Assembly (NCBI RefSeq): GCF_009914755.1
Contig: NC_060934.1
Reading direction: 5' to 3' (one strand)
DNA length: 64,000 nt
Source of the DNA: the human T2T-CHM13v2.0 reference genome, Homo sapiens
Each line of letters starts with the position of its first letter. The stretch's first letter is position 1. The notes beneath the pieces were generated by a model. The model was not told the origin of the DNA and searched no databases. It saw nothing but the letters and a program-made list of their open reading frames with translations. This document shows positions 53,868 to 64,000 of this stretch, piece after piece. The position numbers and the translations under genes are program-made.

Positions 53868-54175
53868 TTTCTTATTTTTTTTTTTTTTTTTTTTGAGACA
53901 GGGTCTCACTCTGTTGCCCAGGCTGGAAAGCAGTGGTGCAATTGCGGCTCAATGCAGCCTTGACTTCCCAGGCTCAGGTGATCCTCCCACCTTAGCCTCC
54001 CCAGTAGCTGGGACTACAGGCGTATACCACCATGCCTGGCTAATTTTTTTTTTTTTTTGTAGAGATGGGGTTTCGTCATGTTGCCCAGGCTGGTCTCACT
54101 CTTGGATTGAAGGCATCTGCCCACTTTGGCCTCCCAAAGTGCTGGGATTACAGGAATGAGCCACTGTGCCTGGCC
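53868..54175 (-). mobile_element. AluJb-like
   Basis: ggctcaggtgatcctcccacc; exact 15-bp TSD tcaaatgttttttct (53853-53867, 54176-54190). Confidence 0.95.
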
Positions 54176-54643
54176 TCAAATGTTTTTTCTGCATCTATTA
54201 AGATGAACAAATAATATTTCTTCTTAAGTTTGTTAACATGGCCATTTATATCACTTGTTTTTTAATGTTGAATTAGCCTTGCACTCTTGGAACAAACCTC
54301 ACTGGTTGTGATGTATTCTTCTTATATATTGCTGAATTACATTTGGCATTATTTTGTTGAGGATTTTTGTGTCTATGCTCATGAGAGATACTGGTCTGTA
54401 GTTTTCTTTACTTGTAATATCTTTGTCTGGTCTTGGTGTAAGTGTAATGCTGGCCTCATAAAATGAGTTGGAATGTGTTCTCTCATCTTCTATTTTTTTC
54501 TGGAAGAGGCTGTGTAGAATGGGAATTATGCCTTCCTTAAATGTTTGGTAGGATTAACCAATGAAACCATTTGGTCCTGGAGTTTTCTTTGTTGGAAGGT
54601 GTTTAACTGTGAATTCAATCTCTTTAATAGATATAGGACTATT

Positions 54644-54951
54644 CAGGTTAGTGGTTCATATCTGTAATCCCAGTGACTTGGGATGCTGAGGCAGAAGGAT
54701 CAGCCCAGGAGTTTGAAACCAGCCTGGGAAATATAGTGAGACCCTGTCTCCACATAAACAAAACAAAACAAAAAGACAGCTGTGCATGATGGCCCGTGCC
54801 TGTAGTCCCAGCTACTTGGGAGGGGGAGGTAAAAGGTTGCTGGAATCCAGGAGTTTGAGGCTATGGTGAGCTATGATCATGCCACTACACATCAGCCTGG
54901 GTAACAAAGTGAGACTCCATTTCTAATAATAATAATAATCATAATAATAAT
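54644..54951 (+). mobile_element. AluJ (Jo/Jr-like) with (TAA)n tail
   Basis: gcccaggagtttgaaaccagcctggg...gtgagctatgatcatgccact. Confidence 0.9.
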
Positions 54952-55671
54952 GGGTTATCTGTTTCTTACTGAATATATTTTGGCAGCTTGTGTCTTTCAA
55001 AGAAGAGTCCATTTCATCTAAGTTGTCCAATTTTTAGGTATAGAGTTGTTTATATTATTCTATTCTTATCCTTTTAATATCTATGGAATCTGCAGTGATA
55101 TCTCCTCTTTCATTAATGTTGTTGGTCAATTTGTGTCTTTTTTTTGTGCTTTGTCAACTTAGAGGTTTATCAATGATATCAATCTTTGCAAAGAACCAGC
55201 TTTTGGTTTCTCTATTATTTTTCTGTTTTCAATGTCAATAATTTCTGCTGTCATCTTTATTATTTCTTTTCCTCGAATGCTTTGAGTTTACTTTGGTCTT
55301 CTTTTTCTACTAACTTAAACTCTAGGCTAAAGGTACTGACTTGAATCTTTTCTTCTTTCCAACTATAAGGAATTAACGACATAAAGTTATATCTAAACAC
55401 TGTTTTAGCTGCATTCCACAAATTTTGTTATGCTACATTTTCATTTTCCTTCAGTTCAAAATAATTTTTATTTTCCATTGAGATTTTTTTCCTCTTTGAC
55501 CTATGATTAATTTAGAAGTGTTTTATTTAATTTCCAAATATTGGGGTATTTTCAGGATATCTCTCTGGTACTGATTTCAAATTTAATTCTGTTATGAACA
55601 CAGTTCATATGATTTGTATTTTCACAAAAATAGAAATGTGTATTTTCACAGCAGAGTTTGTACGGTTTGTA

Positions 55672-55824
55672 TTTTTTTTTTTTAAGAGATATGTCTCGCT
55701 TTGTCACTTAGGTTGGAGTGCAGTGGCATGATCATAGATCACTTTAGCCTTGAACTCCTAGACTCAAGTGATTCTCCCGCCTCTTGAGTAGATGGGATTA
55801 TAGGCTTGAGCCACCACACCTGAC
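55672..55824 (-). mobile_element. Free Alu monomer (FRAM/FAM-like)
   Basis: Single arm gatcatagatcactttagccttgaactcctagactcaag; tttgtatt on both flanks. Confidence 0.8.
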
Positions 55825-57827
55825 TCCTCATTTGTATTCTTTTAAATTTGTTAAGGTTTAATGGACCAGAATATAGTCTGTCCTGGCTTTTGTGTACTTA
55901 AGCTTGCATGTACCCTCAGAACATTGTATAGTGCTTTTTTTTGGCTGAAATATTCTACAATTGTCAATTTGATTGATAATATAGCTCAGGGCTTATATCT
56001 ATAATTTTATGCCTACTTTTCTATTAATTACTGAGAGAGAAATGTTGATGTCTCCAAGTAAAACTGTGGATTTATCTGTTTCTCTTTTCACTTCAATAAG
56101 CTTTTACTTCACATATTTTGAAGTTCTCTTTTAAGGTGCATACCTATTTAGGATTGTTCTGTATTTTTAGAGAATTGACTTCTTTATCATTGTATTATAT
56201 CATATTCCTTTTTATCGCCGATAATATTCTTTGTTCTAAAGCCTACTTTGTCTGATTTATTGGTTAGTGTTTGCATGACATATCTATTTCCACTTTTGTT
56301 TTTTTAACCTATTCATATCTTCATATTTAAAGTGGGTTGCTCATAAATAGCATATATTTGGGTCTTGGCGTTTGTAAAAAAACTGTTTTGACAATATCTG
56401 TCTTTTAATTTGTATGTTTAGACCATTCACATGTAATGTTATTGATATATTTGGATTCAAATCTACCATTTTGTTAGCTTTTTCCCATTCTATCAGTTCT
56501 TTTCTTCTTTTTTCTCTTTTACTGCTTTCTCTTAGGTTACTTGAGCATTTTAAAATAATGTTGTTCTTCTTACCTATTGACTTATTATTTATATCTTTAA
56601 AAAGTTGTTTTCATAGCTGCCCTAGTGTTGATAATTTGTCTTTAATCAGAGTCTACCTTCAAATAATATCATACCATTTCATGTCTAGTGTAAGTAACTT
56701 ACAATAATACATTCCCAATTACTCCCTTCAATTTGTTGTGCTACTTTTGTCATAATTTTACTTTACATGTTAAGATTACATAACACACTGCTACTATTTT
56801 CACTTTAGATTGTCAGTTATCCTTTAGAAAAACTAAAACTAAGGTAAATTTTATTTGCCTTCTCTTTTCCAGTTTCAGTGCTCTTCATTTCTTTGTTTAG
56901 GTCTTAGTTTCTGTCTGACATCGTATTCCTTCTGCCTGAAGAGCTTTCTTTAACATTCTTCTGGTGTAGGTTTGCTGGCAATGAATTCTCTCAATTTCTG
57001 TTTTACTGACAATGTCTTTATTTTTCTTTAAGAAATGTTTGTCTGGGTATTGAATTTGGGGTTGGCAGATTTTTTTTTTTCTTCAGCACTTTAAAAATGT
57101 CATTTCATTGTCTTCTGACTTACATGGTTTCTGATGAGTTGATGAATAGTCTACTATAATTATTATCTTTTTTCCTCTATAGGTAACAAGTCTTTTTCTC
57201 CTGGCCATCTTTAGGATTTTCTCCTTGACTCTATCCCCCATATATTTAGGTGGTTTGTGTTGTGTGTTTTTATTTTGCATGTATCATGCTTGATGTGCTC
57301 TGACATTTTTGGATCTATGGTTTGGTGCCTGTCATTCATTTTGGAAGTTCTTGGCCTTTATTTCTTCATTTTCTTCATCTATTTCTTCTGTCTCATTGTC
57401 TGTCTCCCCTTTAGATGTCTGTCTGCTGCAGTTAGGGAAGTGCTCATGTCTTGTTTCTTTCTTCAGGCACCTGTGCGTCTCCAGATTGTTGGTTACTTGG
57501 CTGTCCTATAACCTCAGCTCTCTGATGGGCTCAACAAATGTAGAAGTCTTGTAGCTTGTCTGACTTTTTTTTCTTTTCTTATAAGGGTGGGAATAATGTC
57601 CTTCCCAGTTCTTTCCATCCATGAGTAGAAACTGGGATCTATAACATAACTTTTGTATTTCATTTTATGGATGTGCTGTGCTTTGTTTAAACTATTCCCT
57701 ATTATTTGGTACTTAACTACTTAATATTTATTTTTGCTATCATTAATAATGAAGTAATCAACATTTTTGGACATGTATCTTTGTGCTCTTATTTGAGTAA
57801 GATAAACTATTAGAAATCAAATAGTTA

Positions 57828-58418
<591 letters not shown>

Positions 58419-58559
58419 TCAATATTGATAAACCCCAGCCCAAGCTGTAACTATAACATGCTTCTCCAAAGACTGATTAAGATATTGGAGGAGTATCTTG
58501 ATAGATCTTGTCTAAGGAGTTCTAAACCGATTCTAAACTACAGCTCAATCACATTTATT

Positions 58560-59219
58560 CAACACTGATAGCAAAATTGGACATGATAGAGATGAATTTC
58601 TGATCAAGACAACTTCTAATTATTGTGCTGGCAAATAAATAACGGAAGCAATCTTTGAATTTTTTGGCAGTTGGGGGATGTTGTGATTTGTACTTTTAAT
58701 TCCAAATTAAAATATTTAATGCTTTATAAAGCAGTTGCTATTTAAACTGCCAATAATATTTAACATGAATTTACTCACCATTTCCTATACTCATGCTGTA
58801 TAATTTATAACACTAAGCCCTTTCAATACTCCAAAATGCCAGATAAACTTTTCTCATTTGCTCTTAATTTGGTCACGCAGGATAATACTAACATCTGAAG
58901 ACTCTTTAAACTGCTTTTTAAAATGCATTCCTGGGAGCGCCACCCATGGCCCCTCTGCTTCTTGTCATCATCCATAATTATTTCCAATCCAAAGCAGCCC
59001 TTAATGCACTTATTAATCTGGCATTCTCCTCCGTGTGAAGCACATTCAGCTCTATTAATTTTTAAAAACCCTCTTTTTTATAGGGGACTGCAGATGCTTG
59101 GCTATTACTGAAAAGCTATTAGAAGTTAACACCTTTCTCTCCCCGGAGACTGGCATCATCCTAGGCCTCCAAATGCCACCCTGTTTTACATTACCAGCTG
59201 CTAAGACAAAGTATTAGAT

Positions 59220-59220
<1 letters not shown>
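58560..59220. promoter_or_regulatory. Candidate enhancer (repeat-free AT-rich island)
   Basis: TCF motif CTTTGAA, T-box TTAACACCT, many TAAT cores; function inferred only. Confidence 0.35.

Positions 59221-59221
<1 letters not shown>

Positions 59222-59261
<40 letters not shown>
59222..59261 (+). repeat. Poly(T)40
   Basis: Directly visible. Confidence 0.95.
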
Positions 59262-59265
<4 letters not shown>

Positions 59266-60234
59266 CTGAGCTGGTGATGCTATTATTAGTGAATGGCAGA
59301 ATTCCACCTGGCCTGGGAGCCCGGGGCTGTTGGGGCTGAAACAGACAGACTTGTAGACTTTCTGGCCATCTCAGAGGGCATGCCTCCTGCTCTGCAGCGC
59401 GTGTGGTCCCAGGTGAGCAAGGCAGGTCTGGCTCTTGGAGACAGAGACTATTTCTATTTCTCCTCTGAGTGACCCCTTCCGCTTAGATGACATCCATGGG
59501 CCATTCCAGGCACCACAAAAATATTGGAAAAAATGGCTGAGGCTGTTGTGTAGAAACAAAAACTCAGGTTTCCTGTTTCCTCAGAAACTACAACAGGGAT
59601 ACCAGCAAAGTGATGGCTCTTGGCTTTGCAGGGCCTGATGAGGCACTGGGGGCCTGGGTGGGAAGGAGAGGATGCTAATGAATTATTTGCCATGGCCCAT
59701 TTTGGGATATTGGGTTTTACAGCTTGTAGCTACATGTCCAGGTCACCCACTGAGAAGCAGCATGGACAGGGGAGGCCGAGCTTTCAGGAATGAATGGTTG
59801 CTCCTTAGAACTGGACACAGCCTGGGATCCCCAGTGAGGAGGATTTGTGGGGGAGGACCTTCCTAGGGAGCAGAGCCTCCATCTGAGTTTCCCGGGCTCT
59901 GCGGTTGACCTCAAACAGGCCCATCTGGCTGCAGACCAACCAGATGAACAGGATGCTTACAATGCAATTTAGTCATGTGCTTTCTCCCTCTGTCCTCCTC
60001 ATTTGTATTTGGGAAAACAGAAGGCCAGGAAACAAAGCTGGAGATATTGAAAGAGGGACCACAGATCCTCTTGATTGCAGCTCTCCGTAGAAACATCTCT
60101 GCAGGGATGGAAGAGCAGGCCTGGTGCCCATCACCCAGGCTGGACCTCTGGCCATGAGTCTCACCCCTGTTTTCCTGAAACTTGGCCATTGGTTATATCA
60201 ACCTCCCCTGCAGATTTTTTCCTTAGCGCATGTT

Positions 60235-60410
60235 CCACTAAGATATTCAGATCCACAGTGCTGGGGAAGACATTATTCTCCCCAGTTTACAAATGAGAAA
60301 ACTGGGGCTCTGAAAAATGAAATTATGTCTTGAGGTCACATTGACAGGAATAGGACTCAGCCCAGGTCTTCCTGCTGCAGGGTCTGGGTTTATTTCTATT
60401 CCAACATTTT
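60235..60410 (-). mobile_element. MIR
   Basis: attattctccccagtttacaaatgagaaaactggggctc...gaggtcaca. Confidence 0.75.
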
Positions 60411-61059
60411 GCCTCAAAGGCTCTGATGGTTTTATTGGGTTCTTGAGTCTTCACTGGTAAAAAAAAAAATTACCAGAAAACACACCCCGTTGTATAGTTT
60501 AAGTTGCGATTGCTGGTCACTGTATGGTCATCTCAACCATGAATTAACTCCCTGAAGAAACCATTTGAAGGCACTTTTCAAAACGGTAGATGGTAAAAAA
60601 AAAAAAAAAAAAATCTAGGAAGGAGGTAAGATGCGGAACCATAGCCCAAGAATATAAATAACTCATGACAGAACTGTTCTAATATAAGGCTTCAAAACAA
60701 TACTATTTTTTGTAACATTATGAAGACCATTTTGCTGGCAGTTCTATTTTTTCTGGATGTCCCAAATAAATGCAGTTTGTTTTTACCTCAATATGACATT
60801 ACTTGTAATTTAAAACCCTCACTCAACTAATTTCAAAGATAGTAGATTAAATATGATGCTAAAAATAACAATAAAATAATACCCTCAAGAGTTTCCATAC
60901 ATCAAGTCCCCACCATGTACCCTTACATGTACATATTATTATTTTCATGTTTTTAGGCTCAAGGAGGTTAAGTAACTCTCCCAACTTTCCAGAGGATGGG
61001 TTGAAGGATCCAGATACCTTCATTGATTTCTGGTGCATTGCATTGTTGCAAACTTTATT

Positions 61060-61595
61060 TTGTTTTTGGAAGAAAGTAATCCAACAATAGCTATTAGGAA
61101 CAAATATGCATATACCTTTGGCCCTGCAATATCCCGTGGGGGAACTGAATCTACAGGTAGTTTGATCTCTGGATTTCCTGCCCCCTGGCTACATATAAGG
61201 ATGTTTTCTCCAGCATTATTTATAATGGCAAAAAAAATGGAAAACAACCTAGAAGTCCATTAAAACAAGACTGAATGAATAAAATAAATGACAGTGTTAC
61301 TGTAGAGTGGTCTACGACATAATAAATGTCAAAAGCAACTCTAAAGTAATATTTATTATGTTATGATCCCATTTTGGCAAAAACTGAATCAAACTAACCC
61401 AAAGCCTTGCATGTGCATATCTGTGTCCAACTGGTGTTTGGGTTCAGGTAGAGGATGCTTGCCTGGCAGTTAATGTGGGTTGTCAATGGGGGTTGGAGGA
61501 TTAGTAAACTTCTCCCTATGTATCTTTGGATACGTTTCCATGTTCTAGCAAGCATGCATTACTTTGTATAAAAAATTGAATTAAGAAAAGAAATA
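61060..61595 (+). mobile_element. L1ME4-like 3' end
   Basis: atgcatatacctttggccctgcaat, aaggatgttttctccagcattatttataatggcaaaaaa..ggaaaacaacct. Confidence 0.75.
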
Positions 61596-62419
61596 AAGTC
61601 ACCAGGTAAAATCAAAGCTGAGGATGTGGGTTCCCACTTTGTAGTCAAAAGATGTTAAAAATTAGCCGTGCTGCTGTTCTGGGAAAGGTTATTACCAAGT
61701 CTAGTCATTTGGAATATGTAACAAGATTTTTCCATTTTTAAATTGCTAGCTCCCAGTGTTGTATTCTTACACTCGATTTTAGGAAAGCATTTACATGTTA
61801 ACAGAGCTCTGCACTAATATAATCACTGCAATAGAGAATATTCTTCAGTTATCATAGAATGCTTGTCTCTCAAATAGCTTAATTTTTTCTCATGATTTAA
61901 ACAGAAGATATGGATGGCAGAATAGATAACAGATAGCAAAGCAGAGGTTTGAATAAGAAAGTTGTTGCTTAATCAGAATGTACTATCTTTCTAATAAAAA
62001 GTAATGCTGATTTAGTGCCTGATAATGCACTTGATTGAATAATATTTTTGAAAGACTGCTGAATAGATTGATTTTCTTACAGACTTTGCTCAAACTCACA
62101 CCTTCTCTGTCCCTCAAGGGAGGGCCTTGCTTCAAATTACTGAATAACTGAATTGACTTTCACTCTTAGAGTCTAGAAACTGAAACGGAACCATTCACCT
62201 CTGTTGAGAAGACTATCTCTGGGTTCTAGTGATCTGCAGTGGGACAGGAACCATGTTGACTGACAGCTACTCTGTGACAATGTGCAGTTGCATTCTTACT
62301 CTTGATGTTGTAGTGACTTTGATTTGGGTGGCCATTATAAGACCACTTCCCTCTGTGGCTCTCCCTATAGTGATAATTATTGTAGAAGTCTTCCGACAGT
62401 GGAGCTTGGTGGATCTGAG

Positions 62420-63252
62420 ATTCTGTGTCATCTGTGTCATTTTGGGGTCTGTTTCTATTGATTGATTTTTCTCCTCATTAATGGTTGAATTTCCCTGCTT
62501 CTTTGTGTGCCTAATAATTTCTGTTGGATGCCAGACATTGTGAATTTTACCTTGTTGGGTGCTTGATATGTTTGTGTTCCTTTAAATATTCTTGAGCTCA
62601 TTCTGGGACATTGATAAATTATTTAGAAACCACTCGATCCTTTTGGAGCTTGTTTTCAAGCTTTGTTAGAAGGGACCAGAGCAGTCTTTGGTCCAGGGCT
62701 AATAATACCCTGTTGAGTACTCCACCTGGTACCCAATGTATGATGAGGTTGTGCCATTCTAGCTGATGCGAGCACAAACCATTCCTAGCCAAGTGGGAAC
62801 CCTGGTAGTTATTCTGCCTGGTCCTTACTGCTGTTGTTTTTTCTCTTTCCCTTTTCTTGAGTAGTTCTCTCACATGCTCACATTGGGAGAAGCTCCATGG
62901 AGCAGTTTCTGCACAGCTCCTATTCTGAGCTGTTCTCTTCTTTCAGGTGCTCTACCATTCACAGTCTGGCCTTCATGGCCTCCCCAGACTCTTAAGTGTG
63001 TCTCTTTAACCCAAGGAGATGTCGAGCTCTGTTTGGGTTTCTCCACTCTGTGCTGTTTAGGAAATGTTCTCCAGGCAGTCAGCTGGGCAGTTGTAAGGTT
63101 TCCCTCATTTACTTTCCTTCTTGCCAAGATCACTGCCCTGTGCTGCCTGTTACACACTGTCTGAAAACTGTTTTTCATATCTTGTCTGTTTTTGGTTGTG
63201 GGAAGTGAAAGAGTATAAGCCCAGGGCCTCATCACAGCTGGAAGTGGAAGTT
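62420..63252 (-). mobile_element. L1ME-family 5' region
   Basis: ttggatgccagacattgtgaattttaccttgttgggtgct...gatcactgccctgtgctgcctg...ctggaagtggaagt. Confidence 0.75.
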
Positions 63253-63544
63253 TTGGAGCCGAGACTCTTAGCTTTAAGATGCCAGCTGGGTCCCTTGGTC
63301 TCAATGTCTTCTCATCATTGTCTTATAATGCAGTGAAATAATGTCCCTAAGTGAGGCCCTAAAACTGGGAAGTCTTCATCCGGCCTGGGGATTTTGAAAA
63401 AAGGTTTTGGTTCTAGGAAAAAATAAGAAGTCCAGCAAGGCTTTTCCTAATGACAAGAAGTAGGACAGTATCTGCCATGAGGTACCCACAAATTGTTACC
63501 TTCCTGCTCAAAAAGCTTGCAAAAATGACCTTTGCTTGTATGAT

Positions 63545-63810
63545 AAAAAGCAACATCCTGGACCCTATCTGTATCTTCAACCTCGTCTCCTGTCCTGCCC
63601 TCCTTCCTTCTGCCTCCAGCCATGCTGGGTTTCCTTTAGTTTGTTGTGCCAGCCGGTCGCCACATCTCCTTTTGGGCATGTTCTCACCTCCAGGCTCCTG
63701 TGCTTTCAAGTCTCAGCTGTGATGTCACTTTCCTAGACCAGCTAAACCCGCTTTGGGTCTTATAGCCCTCTGGATTCTCCTTTATGGCACTCATACCAGT
63801 GTGATGACAG
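63545..63810 (+). mobile_element. L2 fragment
   Basis: ctccagccatgctgg...ctttcaagtctcagctgtgatgtcactttcct. Confidence 0.55.
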
Positions 63811-64000
63811 AGGGCCTTGTTATCCTGAGGTGATCCTCCCTGAAAGGACACCTCAGACCAAGCCCACTTAACATAGGAGCCAGTATTTCATGGGAAATGG
63901 GATTTAAAGAAGATTTGATTAAGATTTTCTTGAAAACGGAGATTAGAAATTATGAACATAAATTTATTTTTATCTTATACTTACCCAATTTTAGATTCTA

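Overview
This is primate genomic DNA, most likely human (AluJ/S/Y, THE1D, MER41A and L1PB are present). It is CpG-depleted and I see no CpG island. I find no supportable protein-coding exon, RNA gene or processed pseudogene. The listed ORFs are chance frames or Alu/L1/LTR remnants, two of which match L1 ORF1 and ORF2 motifs. Roughly half the window is interspersed repeat: about 17 Alu pieces, many MIR and L2 fossils, L1M fragments including a ~7.8 kb minus-strand L1M at ~49.9-57.6 kb, several solo LTRs (2x MLT2A, MER41A inside MLT1C, THE1D, MLT1K-like, LTR33-like, LTR16C-like) and hAT MITEs. Many are nested, with readable target-site duplications (TSDs). Between the repeats lie repeat-free, AT-rich islands dense in homeodomain, T-box and FOX motifs, as seen in gene deserts or long introns near developmental regulators (inference only). 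The most unusual direct observations are a 71-bp 96%-identical non-tandem duplication (34027/34733), an overlapping MARE/YY1 CpG micro-cluster (12782-12849), an NKX/TALE motif cluster (11.4-11.85 kb), three LTRs with DUX4-type motifs, an orphan T40 tract and a possible very old reverse-transcriptase fossil (~45.6-46.0 kb). I do not see evidence for a new multi-gene biological system. Subfamily names come from recalled consensus features, not a database search, and boundaries of old repeats are approximate.
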